NCBI RefSeq assembly: GCF_006345805.1
Contig: NW_021835382.1
Location: forward strand, 1-40,745
Direction of reading: 5' to 3'
Origin: Octopus sinensis
Taxonomy: Eukaryota
Length of the DNA: 40,745 nucleotides
The notes beneath the pieces were generated by a model. That model searched no databases. It was given only the letters and a program-made list of their open reading frames with translations, and was not told the DNA's origin. This document shows, in pieces, positions 11,898 to 22,720 of this stretch; position 1 is the stretch's first letter; every line of letters begins with the position of its first letter. Position numbers and translations under genes: made by a program.

Positions 11898-12068
11898 GAA
11901 CAGAGTTAGGTAAAAGTTTTTATCTTCATTTCACTAAATTTATCAAGTTCTGTGTGTCTGTCTAGTACATACTTCTCCTTGATGTACTTATATATGAAAA
12001 ATATATGGCTTGTGCTAGAAACACCAGCGAAAATAATTTATTTTATTTTATCGCATTTGAATTTGTTT

Positions 12069-12071
<3 letters not shown>

Positions 12072-12106
<35 letters not shown>

Positions 12107-12135
12107 GTATACATGTATATATATATATTATATAT
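12072..12135. repeat. Short (TA)n tract separating the two hammerhead islands
   Basis: Direct reading. Confidence 0.9.
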
Positions 12136-12301
12136 AGAAATTCGGGGTGAGTACTTGATAATTATACATGAGAGAGAAAGAAAGAGATGGACGCTTCAAT
12201 TCTATGCTGTTGCGGCATTATGCCGTACGCCGAATGAGAGGATGCCATCCCCAACCAAGAATTTTTTTGATGTAACACATGTCCTTGTGGAAGCTGTTGT
12301 G

Positions 12302-12380
12302 AGCGGCTGAAGAAGGCCACAGACATACATTATGCTTGTTATAAATCTGTCTAATAAAGGCCCGAAACATATGTTACGCT
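12302..12380 (+). ncRNA. Type I hammerhead ribozyme motif, near-canonical (HH-2)
   Basis: AGCG(12302-05)/CGCT(12377-80) stem I with a G.A mismatch next to the core; CTGAAGA 12307-13; GGCC(12315-18)/GGCC(12359-62) stem II with an A.C at the base; GAAA 12364-67; C-ATAT-G stem III; GTT triplet 12373-75. Confidence 0.7.
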
Positions 12381-12410
12381 GAATCCTGGCATCATGTTTT
12401 TATTTTGATC

Positions 12411-12552
12411 AATATAGATATATATATATTATATATATATATATAAATATATATACATGTATATATATATATATATATATAATATATATACATGTATAAT
12501 AAATATATATATACAGGTATATATATATATATATATATATATAAATATATAT

Positions 12553-12584
<32 letters not shown>

Positions 12585-13028
12585 AAATATATATATACAT
12601 GTATATATATATATATATATATAAATACATATATACATGTAGATATATATATATATATATAAAATATATAATAATGTATAGTATATATCTAATATATAAT
12701 ATATATATTATATATATATAAATATAGTTATACATATATATATATATTATCTATAAATATTAAATATATATACATGTATATATATTATATATATATATAT
12801 ATTATATATATATAAATATATATATACATGTATTATATATAATATATATATATAAATATATATATACATGTATATATATATATAAATTATATACATGTTA
12901 TATATATATATAAATATATAATATACATGTATATATATATATATAAATATATATATACATGTATATATATATATAAATATATATATACTGTATATATATA
13001 TATATAATATAAATATATATATATATTT
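12411..13028. repeat. (TA)n tract with about 26-32 bp higher-order unit (TA)nAATATATATACATG
   Basis: The unit recurs more than ten times; same punctuation as 11340-11782. Confidence 0.93.
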
Positions 13029-13104
13029 AGCTCTAGCGATCAAAGTAACAAAAGTAATAAATGAAGATAATAAAATTAAAATTAGGGAATGGGCCTGTAT
13101 TGGA

Positions 13105-13158
13105 TTGTGTATATATATATATGTGTATATATATATATGTGTATATATATATATATGT

Positions 13159-13189
<31 letters not shown>

Positions 13190-13360
13190 TATGTGTGTAT
13201 GTGTAGGTATGTATAGGCACACATGTGTACGTATGTGTGTGTGTATGTATATGTGTTTATGTATGTATGTGCACACATTTTATTTTTTTATTTTTTTATT
13301 TTTTTATTTTTTTATATTTTTTTATTTTTTTATTTTTTTATTTTTATTTTTTTATTTATC
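13105..13360. repeat. (TA)/(TG) tract followed by (TTTTTA)n low-complexity run
   Basis: Direct reading. Confidence 0.9.
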
Positions 13361-13511
13361 TATTCTTTCATCTAACTTACCACTGACTCCTTGACCACTC
13401 CCCCCAAGTATGATATTTTGCGCTATGCCTACCCCCAAAAAAGTCCCCCCCCCACCACCTCTCCTTTAAACCTGCCTAAATGTATAAATGCTAATACAAT
13501 TCTTGTTAAAT

Positions 13512-13562
13512 AGCTTCCTGAAGATTTCTCTTGAATGAAACAGTACTAGTCCTGTAGAAGCT
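13512..13562 (+). ncRNA. Degenerate hammerhead-like motif (HH-3)
   Basis: AGCTTC CTGAAGA TTTC-TCTT-GAAT GAAA CAGTACTAG TC CTGTA GAAGCT. Core boxes are intact, stem II is weak, and stem I is offset by a 5-nt bulge. Confidence 0.4.
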
Positions 13563-13642
13563 CCTTCTATATAATAAATTAATTTTACTCTGCTATGTAT
13601 TGAGTACCTTACTTACTGTGGTTAACCCCGGATCAACCCGGG

Positions 13643-13695
<53 letters not shown>

Positions 13696-13724
13696 GAATA
13701 AGGGTAGAAATTGTATAAATTTAA

Positions 13725-14605
13725 CAATAGTCTTAAGGCATTTAGGTGATAATTTTTCACCTACTTTTCTACGAACATACCTTTTCCCATCTGAGCCAAA
13801 TAACATAAACTTAGATTCATCACTGAAATGCACCGTTTACCATTTTTCTTGAGACCACAAGACAAAAGTAAGACGACACTTTTTATTCTTGGAGCTGATC
13901 AGTGGCTTCATTGCAGGTGCTCTTGCTTGTAGGTCATGTTCAACTAAACAATGAGATGCAGTTTTTCGAAATAAAGTTTTCTTCAATACAATGCTCATTT
14001 TCCGAGAAACAGCAGCAGCAGTTTTAAATCTGTCCTTTTTAACCAACTTTACCATAGCATGATCTTCTCTCTTAGTCGTTTTTCTTGGCCTACCTGTAAA
14101 CTTTCTTGCTTCACATGAAGCACAATCATCGTAGACCTTAAGAATACCGTCTACAACACTTTTTGACTTGTTAACAATCTTTGCAGTAGATCCAATACTT
14201 AAATTATCCTTCCTTCAAAGTTTAATAATCCTCTGACGAATTGGTAACGGAGTAAGTGGCATTATATTAACAAAGTACACTGCAAATATTCTTACTAATG
14301 ATTAGTAAACGAACCGTCACGTAAACAATTTCAAAACATTAGAGTTCGCCGGTTGAATATACTAAAACACGGAGTAAAAGCAACCGTTCTGATCAGTTTG
14401 GCCGCCATGGGTTTTGCAGTAAATCACTAAATCATCCATAACTTTTGTATTATCCTCTCAAATTAACACCAAAATCTCAGGCAATAACAAATAATATTGT
14501 ATTTATTGTCTGTGAAAATTATAGAATATAAAACAACTTTGATAAAAAATTATATCTACTTTTCTGACGAAAACAATGCCGTTCTGAACATTTTGGCCGC
14601 CACTG
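13725..14605 (-). mobile_element. Tc1 DNA transposon, 5' half (TIR, transposase to the first catalytic D), truncated
   Basis: TA|CAGTGGCGGCCAAAATGTTCAGAACGG terminus at 14605. ATG at 14262 reads MPLTPLPIRQRIIKL*...GRPRKTT...KPLIS...HFSDESKFMLFGSDGKRYVRRK. Confidence 0.9.
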
Positions 14606-14635
14606 TATATATATATATACAAACACACACATACA

Positions 14636-14700
14636 CAGGGGGGGTGGAGTTGAAAAGTTCCTGGCTTTAAGGGTTTTATAGAAGGCCTGGTTGAAGTGTT
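14636..14700 (+). mobile_element. Isolated mariner-like left-terminus fragment
   Basis: caggggggg..gttgaaaagttcctggc resembles the reverse complement of the mariner end at 21378-21397. Confidence 0.3.
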
Positions 14701-15091
14701 TTTTTCATATCTCTCTTATATATTTCAAGATATGTTCAAATAGATATTTAAGAATAAAAAAAAAAACAGGATCATAGTACCAGCTGAATGCTCATAAATG
14801 CATAATATGCAGAATTGGAATTATAAGCTTTTCAGTTGTAATGCATTAAAGAATACTCAACACTTACATATTGAGTTCTATAATTTATAGCTTTTCAGAT
14901 TTATATATATACACACACACACTTATATATAAATATATACATACACGTATATATACATATATATAATTAATTAATAAGGGTGAGAGAATTAGATACTAAT
15001 TTAATAGTATATTTATTCAACACCAAGTGGCCTAGTGCTACGAGAAACCTGGATTATTATAATATTTTATAACATATTATAATATTTTTAC

Positions 15092-15152
15092 AAAATAAAT
15101 ATAAGAGGGTGGTCACTGAGCAATATAGTGACCACTCTCTTATATTTATTTT
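15092..15152. repeat. 26-bp inverted repeat with 9-nt loop
   Basis: aaaataaatataagagggtggtcact / gagcaatat / agtgaccactctcttatatttatttt, with one G.T pair. Confidence 0.95.
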
Positions 15153-15199
15153 ATACATATATATACATATTTATATATATATATGCATGTATATACTAT

Positions 15200-15412
15200 T
15201 ATATATTCGCCATGATAGATCGCTAGCCGCTAAACCTTTTTTCTATTTTCTCTCCCTGTTTATTTTTGTGTTCTTTTCTGTGGAAGAGCGTAGGCTCAAA
15301 ACATAAAAGACTTTTTCACTTCCCGAGCATTAAACTAATACATCTGTTTGTTTTCTATACCACCTGTCTTCATCTTTTGTTTTTTTGTAAATTCTCACTA
15401 TATACGTATATA
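15200..15412 (+). mobile_element. Solo terminal (pLTR-like) fragment of the Penelope-like family at 38388-40015
   Basis: Aligns with the reverse complement of 38388-38560 (gaagag...caaaa.ataaaagact...cact...gagcat.aaac...cacctgtcttcatcttttgtttt...gtaaatt). Confidence 0.7.
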
Positions 15413-15629
15413 TTTACATATATATATATTTATTGCTAGAGATTTAATGGAAATAGAATATGCTGAGTTCTGGAAGCCATAAATGAGGGATCAGTGAAAA
15501 TTTATTTTTATATCATTGAATTACAACCATAGTGAGAAAAAGAATAGCATTAATGAGAAAACTGGTCTTAGATTAGGCAAGGGAGGGAACTCTTGAAAAT
15601 TATAATAAACCAAGAAATACTTTTAATGG

Positions 15630-17530
15630 GATGTACTATGACAATGTACAACGACGATGTACTATGACAGTTTCGAAATTAGGTTTACAGCTGGAGATTT
15701 TACAACTGATTGGCACCAACTGGAGATTGACATTGCTGTTGGCTGTACAATATCTGTCACGAGGTTTATCTTAGTCATGGAGATGATTTTGAAAGCTGTA
15801 GATTTTTCGGAACAAATCGCCCACGTACAATCGCCTAAGAAAGCCTTCATGTATGACATGACACTTCTAGCTATAGATAAACAAATCATGCAGAATGCCC
15901 TCTTGAGATTAGACGAACTTGTGAGGTGGTTAAGAATGCGATTTAGAGCAAAAGAGTGGCATAGTCTGACATTTGTTAAGGGAGTGCAGAAAGAATTTAA
16001 GTTTCAGATATCTGAAGAAAGCATTCCAACAGTCAAGGAAGAGCCCGTCAAGAGCTTGGGACGAGTATATGCTGGAACATTGTCAGACAGAAGTCGCGGG
16101 ATGGAAATTATGAAACAGGCCGAGGCTGGATTATCAGCAATTGATAACTCAAAGGTAACAGGTAACTATAAAATTTGATGCTTGCAGTTCGGCTTGTACC
16201 CGCAACTTGCGTGGCCACTTTTAATATACGAGGTAGCACTGTCACGAGTTGAAATCATTGAACAAAAATGTAATGTGTTCATTAGAAAGTGGCTAGGCCT
16301 ACCTCGTATGTTGAACAGTTCAGCGCTTTATCGTAAAAGAGGTTCGCTGCAGCTACCACTAGCGTCAATAATTGAAATATATAAACTGGAGAAGATACGG
16401 ACAGTGATGATGCTGAGAGAATTGAAGGATATGGAAATCAGGCATAACCCACCAGAGATGAAAACAGCCAGGAAGTGGAAAGCAGAAGCAGAGACTGACG
16501 ACATCTTGTCTTCTCTTATACACAGAGATATGGTGGGAGCAACGCAGAACCATCGGAAAAGACTTGGTTTTGGCACAGATCAGTTCAGACTGTTTGCAAG
16601 CATGATGCGGAGTGAACGCAGATCTGTTGTTAGCAACAGCGTCAAAACGAGAGAAGAAGAGAGAAGAAAGCTTCATTTGATCCGATGTTTTCATCAAGGT
16701 CAAATGACGAGATGGGAAGAACATGTTGTTGAGAGGAAGATAAGTTGGGATGAGATATAGAAGTGGATGACATCTTGGCTGAGTTTCCTGATTTGTTCAT
16801 CTTATGATGTTTTGCCATCACCTACGAATCTAGTAAGATGGAACGTCTCAGAGAATGGCATATGCAAATGTGGAAGGGTTGGAACACTGAAACATATTCT
16901 TTCCAACTGTTCATTAGCATTGAACAGGTATACATGGAGGCACAACTTGGTCCTTAAGGTTATCTTCAATGCTATAAAGAACCAAATTCATCTCAACAAC
17001 ACTGAAAAAAAAAAATGGTTAAAAGTACCATCTAGAGATTTCGTTATCTTCGTGCAATCAGGTCAGCAGATCCGTTTCAAGAAGATCAAGAAACTTCCTG
17101 TGAGAGATGAAAAGTGGAACGGCTATTGGGAGGTGACTGCAGATTTACCTGGGTGCCAGGGATTCTTTCCCATCCCAATTACGAAACAACCAGACATTTT
17201 GATGTGGTGTGAAAGAAAGAAAGTTGTAAATCTAGTCGAGTTAACGGTTCCTCATGAAGATAATATGGACACCACTTGGGCTCGAAAGATTGACCGTTAT
17301 GTAAACCTCCTCCAGGAATGTGAAAACGCAGGCTGGAAAGTGGAGCATTTTCCAATCGAAGTCGGATGTAGAGGGTTTGCTCTACATCCGACATGACTGT
17401 TGTTATCGCTGGGCACAAATCATCGTAAAGTAAATACCACTATGACCGATATCCAAACTACAGTGGAAAAGGCTAGTTACTGGATTTGGTTAAAAAGAGA
17501 CGATGAGCAATGGCTAGAAGAATATTGAGC
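15630..17530 (+). mobile_element. 5'-truncated HERO-like non-LTR retrotransposon (RT, CCHC zinc knuckle, restriction-like endonuclease)
   Basis: ORFs 15657, 16182 and 16767 are one reading frame broken only by stops at 16176, 16758 and 17394, ending at 17528. Motifs GCTISV, AFM(Y)DMT, PVKSLGR, WLGLPR, YDVLPSP, CKC..GTLKHILSNC, RYTWRH, PDI...ELTVPHE, EVGCRGF, ASYWIWLKR. Clade assignment is from recalled HERO motifs. Confidence 0.85.
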
Positions 17531-17939
17531 TATATTTAATAACCAGTTGATCTAGCAAGCAGGGGCTCATATCAGTGAGGTGGGGCGGTGTGCATTGACG
17601 CTGCCGAGAGGTGGGCCCAGAAACAGCATGCATTCTCTCCTGATGACCCCATACATTTGTTGGCTTCCGGTATGCGTTGTTCTTGACTGGTAGCATTTGC
17701 ATGTGCAATTTGTTTACAAGACATGCAGAAGGATGAGTGAGTCTGAATATTCTCAGCCAAGGTGGCAACTCCAAACATATTGCAATCTTATTAGATTTTC
17801 TCAAAAAAATTCTATCAGAAAAATGGTTTTACTTCATACATGGAAAAGGATTAGGTAGAAATTTCATACTATGTGCCTAATGCAAAATATGGACATACAA
17901 GAGGGACAATAAACAAAGTGAAATAGACACTAAGAGTGT

Positions 17940-18500
17940 GTAGGAAATAACTTTTCTCAAATGCCCAGAAAGATCCCTAGACGTAGAAGATAGCTTCTGT
18001 TATCTCAATGACCTAATCAGCAGTAGAGGAGGCTGTTCTGAAAGTATAGTTGCTAGAATAAGAATAAGCTGAAGAACATTCAGAGATCTGTTACCTCTGT
18101 TGATCACAAATGGTTTGTCTCTCAAGATTGAAAGATACATTGTGTGAGCTTGTTTATGGACTGCAATTATGTCATGGTAGTGTGACATGGGCCTTGGAAG
18201 CAGAGAACTTGAGAAAACTGGAAAGAAATGAAGCTAGCATGTTCTCTTGTACACAATAAGTGTAGATGAATAGCAAAGTATAAATGTGTTGAAAAGAAAC
18301 TAGACATAAGAGGAAACAGATGTACTATGCTAGAAGGGACATAAAATACATATAGATGAGGACAGCTGTATAAAGCAGTACTAATCCCTTAATATAGATG
18401 GCACTTGTGGAATAGGTAACCCAAGAAGACATAGGATGAAGTAGTGAAGGCTGATCTCAGGACTTTGAATTTCACACAAGAGATGTTAAAGGACCTGGAT
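17940..18500 (+). mobile_element. RTE-clade LINE RT C-terminal fragment, decayed
   Basis: LDVEDSFCYLNDLISSRGGCSESIVARIRI..., followed by a decayed AIMHGS-TW-like motif. Confidence 0.75.
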
Positions 18501-18954
18501 GTTGATATACACAACTGAGAACTATCTCAAAACTTAAGACATTCATTTTCCACTTTTTGCCCACTATTTTTCATTCAACACATATTTATTAGGTTACCCC
18601 TCATTCATTATAATAACCACTTCAGCCATTCCTCATTTCTAACCTTCACTCACTTTTCCCCATACACTTTTGCAGCCTCTACTCATCCACACTCCTCTTT
18701 CTTCAGTAGAAACCATGCCAAGGTAGACATTGATACCTTTGTGTACCTTGAAGGTCCATCCTAAAACTTTATCACCACTGTTTTAGCTGTTTTGCTGGGT
18801 CCAGCTGAGTTACTCTCCAACACTCCTTTATAGACATGTAGCACCTTATATCAAGAAAACTGCTATTTCTTATCCTTTAACCTCTCATCTCCTTGCATAA
18901 AGCTGCCTACCTCTCTATTGTAACTCCACTCAATTATAAGCTGCAGGAAGAACT

Positions 18955-19148
18955 TACTAGTGCTGTTGCCAAGAAAAAACACCCCGTAAACTGTCCATAA
19001 TTGCTGTGGTTAGGAGGGATATCCATCTGTAGAAACAGTACCAAAGCCAACATTGGGACATGATGCAGTCTTCAAATCTGTCAGATTCTGCTGAACTGCC
19101 CAACTCACATAACAGCATGGAAAATGGACATTAAATGATGATGATGAT
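18955..19148 (+). mobile_element. (GAT)n-tailed RTE-type 3' end / SINE tail
   Basis: ...cagcatggaaaatggacattaaatgatgatgatgat; homologous to 10020-10195. Confidence 0.75.
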
Positions 19149-19399
19149 ATATACATGCGTGTATAAATATACACATAAACATATACATAAATAAGTTGTA
19201 ATAATGAAGTCAAACCAAATAGTGATATTTTGAAATCACTTAATATGTATGCATCAGGTTTGCCTAATATATAATAGGAAATGCATCCATTACATAAACC
19301 TTCCTCAACGCATCTCAATATGTATATAAGATGAGGCAGCAGAATTGTTAGCATGTCAGGCAAAGTGCTTAGTGGTATTTTGTTTGTCATTATATTCTG

Positions 19400-19534
19400 G
19401 GTTGAAATGCCAAAGGGATTGACTTTACCTTTTATCCTTTTGGGGTTGATAAAATAAGTACCAGTTGAGAACTAGGGTCAATTTAAATGACTTAGCCCCT
19501 CCCACGAAATTGCTGGCCTTGTGCCAAAATTTGA

Positions 19535-19540
<6 letters not shown>
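19400..19540 (+). mobile_element. SINE 3' half with conserved central domain (gactttgcctttcatcctttcggggtcgataaaataagtaccag type)
   Basis: Same family as 30085-30840, about 24100-24160, 25745-25860 (-) and about 36300-36390 (-). The domain resembles the MetaSINE core as I recall it; unverified. Confidence 0.75.
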
Positions 19541-19577
<37 letters not shown>

Positions 19578-19681
19578 TTTTTATCAAAGCTGCAAAATCT
19601 TCACAAAATTGCACCTTTAATAAAAAGCATATTACTCTACCTTAAGTATTCTTTTCCGACCTTGTTTTGCATTTATGTACT

Positions 19682-19716
<35 letters not shown>

Positions 19717-19717
19717 A

Positions 19718-20889
19718 CACAGATATGACAGAAGTAAATAGACACCTCATAATACATTGTTTTTATTAATTGACATTTTTATGTTCTAACTGTATCTGCT
19801 TAATCATGTCACATACAAAAGAAGCCTTGGAATTTCCCGAATTTCAAACAGGCAGTATTGTGGGGCAATCTGAAGGTGGATTTAGCATAAAATCGCAGAA
19901 AATCTTGGGATCCTGCTTTCTATAGTTAACAGAGTGATTGTGCAATTTATCAGAGAGGGGAAGGAATCTACATCACCTTGCCCAGGTCAACTATAGCCCT
20001 CTGACAGGACTCTTCGCTTCGTTAAGAAGATAATCTGCATTGCAGAGTCTCTGACAGAGCAGTTGATCTCAATCACAGAGCAGCTGTCAGGTATTTCCAC
20101 AAACTTGGCTACTATATTGACCAACCCATATCAAATGGAGAAAAGATCGGGCCAGTGAGACGATGGAAAGGCCACTAGCATTTTGGGACATTGTCATATT
20201 CTCTGATGAGTCTGGATTTGCTGTATTTCTTGACTGTGGTCAAGTGTGGGTCTGGAGACTCTGTGATCAAGAATTTGATGTGAAAAGATTGCAGTCAACA
20301 ATGAAACACAGCAGCTATTTTGTGATGTCTGGGGAGCAATTTGGAGCAATGGTCAATCAGAGCTGGTGGAATGTGAAGGAAACATAAACTCAGATAAATA
20401 TGTGTCCATATTGCAGAAAGGACTCCTTTTAATTTTCTCCAGTAGTGAAAAATCCAGTAGATAAAAGAAAACTCTTTATTTATGGAAAATATGATTCCTT
20501 GTCACATGGCTAAAGAGACCCAAGATCGGTTGGAAGAGAATGGCATTAAAAAGCCTCCATGGCCAAGCTAGTCACCAGATATGAACTCTGTTGAGCATCT
20601 CTGGGGAATAATGGTCAGAATACTTCATGAAAAGAAAAAGAAAGCATCCTCAAAGCCAGATCTTTTGAGATTACTCCATGAAATTTGGCAAGAAATTCAA
20701 AAGAATATTCGTCATCTGATCAGTAGCATGCCTAATAGGGTTTTTGCATTGAAAAAATGCAAAGCAAATGTCTAGTAAATATTAGATATTTATATTATGA
20801 TAATTAATAAATAATTTGAATGTAAAATTTCAGATTTAAATAAATTTTAACGATTATAAGGGTGTCTATTTACTTCTGTCATGTCTATG
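19718..20889 (+). mobile_element. Tc1 (DD34E-type) transposon with both TIRs, decayed transposase
   Basis: Left cacagatatgacagaagtaaatagacacc; right ggtgtctatttacttctgtcatgtctatg|TA. ATG at about 19806; IFSDESGF at about 20195; WP..SPDMNSVEHLWG at about 20560-20610. Confidence 0.9.
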
Positions 20890-20941
<52 letters not shown>

Positions 20942-20944
20942 TAT

Positions 20945-21085
20945 ATCATCATCATCATTTAACAGCCATTTTCCATGCTAGCATATGCTGAACGGCTTAA
21001 CAGGAACCAACAAGCCAGAGGACTGTACCAGGTACCAATGTCTACTTTGGCATGGCTACTATGGCAGGACAATGCTCCAACACAA
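20945..21085 (-). mobile_element. (GAT)n-tailed RTE-type 3' end
   Basis: atcatcatcatcatttaacagccattttccatgctagcat is the reverse complement of the family tail. Confidence 0.75.
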
Positions 21086-21124
21086 ATCCTTACTTTCAAT
21101 GGCTGCTGTAAGTGACTGTAGCTT

Positions 21125-21397
21125 TGACTCTATCTGACTATCATCTGTTCTCCAGCATGAAAAAAACACTTGGCTGGGAACTAGTATTGCAGTGATGATG
21201 ATGATGATGATGATGATGATATCATATCTGTTGTTGATGACTTTTTTTTACTAACAGGATGGAAACTTCTTTACCAACGGTATCCAAGCACTGCAACACA
21301 GATAGAAGAACTGTGTGGACCACAAGAGGGACTATGTTAAAGATACTCCATGAGAGTATCTAGGTGAGTTTATGATCTTTTCAGCTGACCCTCATAT
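21125..21397 (+). mobile_element. mariner (D34D-type) transposase C-terminus and right TIR, with an expanded (GAT)n inside
   Basis: SDYHLFSSMKK...DDDIISVVDDF...FFTNGIQALQHR*KNCVD..GDYV; ends cttttcagctgaccctc. Confidence 0.75.
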
Positions 21398-21769
21398 ACT
21401 AAGAGGTATATTAAAGGTTTCATAAGTCAACACTGACCTACCATGTTAGCAGTGCAATTCAATTACTTTTAAAAGTTATCTCTGCAGATTTTTGATTGCA
21501 TAGTTTACATAGAGGTATTCATATACAAAACAAAACCTTCAGTGCTGGCTCTAGTATGTATGTGTGTGTGTGTGTGTGTGTATGTGTGTGTGTGTGTGTG
21601 TATGTATGTATGCATGGATGGATGGATGGATGCATGCATGCATGCATGCATGCATGTACACATGCACATACAGATACAAGCTATATATACATACATATAA
21701 AAACACATCCACAGACATATACTAATGAATGTATACATTTGTTTACATCCATATCCAGGGAGAAGCTGT

Positions 21770-22565
21770 TTGTCTTAGGAGGAGTTGCCTCACAGATAAT
21801 ACAACATTATGACTGGGTGCTGAAACAACAGCTCAACCACTCAAATGTAGATGAGATATATATTGATTTTGCCAAGGTATTTGACAAAGTTGATCATGGA
21901 ATATGTCAAAAACTGAGTGACCTCTTGGAAGACATCAATCTGCATCAGAGTCCTTCAAGGAACTGTACTGGGAACACTACTATCCATGATGGCTCTCTCA
22001 GACATGCTCTCAGCCATACAGTCAGTCACTCTCATCAGCTATGCTGAGGATACAAAAGTATCAAAGGCATTCAAGGGCCCTGATAACATACTAAAACTGC
22101 AAAAAGAACAGCATACAGCACACAAATGGACTAATGGAAATAACATACCGTTTAATGCTTGAAGCACTCTACTATCAGCCCACAACAAACTACAGTCAGA
22201 ATACACATGAGTAGGGGGTAGTGCAATCCCAGTGTCAGAATTGATGCATGATCTGAGAACCCACATAAATAATGATGCAATGTTCCATGTGTATATTACC
22301 AAGATGGTAACACTGTGCAGAGCAGTAGCTTGATGTACTCTGAGATAATTCAGAACTAGTAAAAAAGTATACCATATTACTCTTAAGCAGAACTTTCATT
22401 CCTAGTCATCTAGATGGCTGCTCCCAATTGTGGTCACTGCAGAGTGTCAAACTGGTGGCAGAACTTGAGGCAATCCAGTGCTACTACAAAAAGATGATTG
22501 CCTTGGTGAAACAGATAAGCTACTGCAAGAGGCTAAAAGAGCTGAAGCTCTACTCCTCAGAGAGA
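21770..22565 (+). mobile_element. Decayed CR1-group LINE RT/3' fragment (third copy)
   Basis: QHYDWVLKQQLNHSNVDEIYIDFAKVFDKVDHG, QGTVLGTLL, SYAEDTKVS, ELEAIQ..., LKLYSSER, all colinear with 7150-8050. Confidence 0.9.
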
Positions 22566-22720
22566 GATGATATATATACACATGTATGTGCACGCACACC
22601 CACAAATCCACACACACACACATATGCACATACATATTGAGAGACAAAAGTAGAAAACAATGTCAGAGATGAAGTAAAATTATAAAAAAAACATAATCAA
22701 CAAAACTGTTTGCTACTCAC

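Noticed and set aside
17610-17655. GAAA...CTGATGA downstream of the HERO ORF, resembling a permuted (type II) hammerhead
   Set aside because: Stem I cannot form and stem II needs a 4-nt bulge at the core.
19010-19390. Minus-strand 126-aa ORF as the next exon of the host gene
   Set aside because: Overlaps SINE and tail fragments and microsatellite; no convincing splice sites or recognisable motif.
20200-20215. CTGATGA hits at 20203, 14232, 16012 and 32396
   Set aside because: They lie inside transposase or RT coding remnants (for example FSDES) with no matching GAAA or stems.
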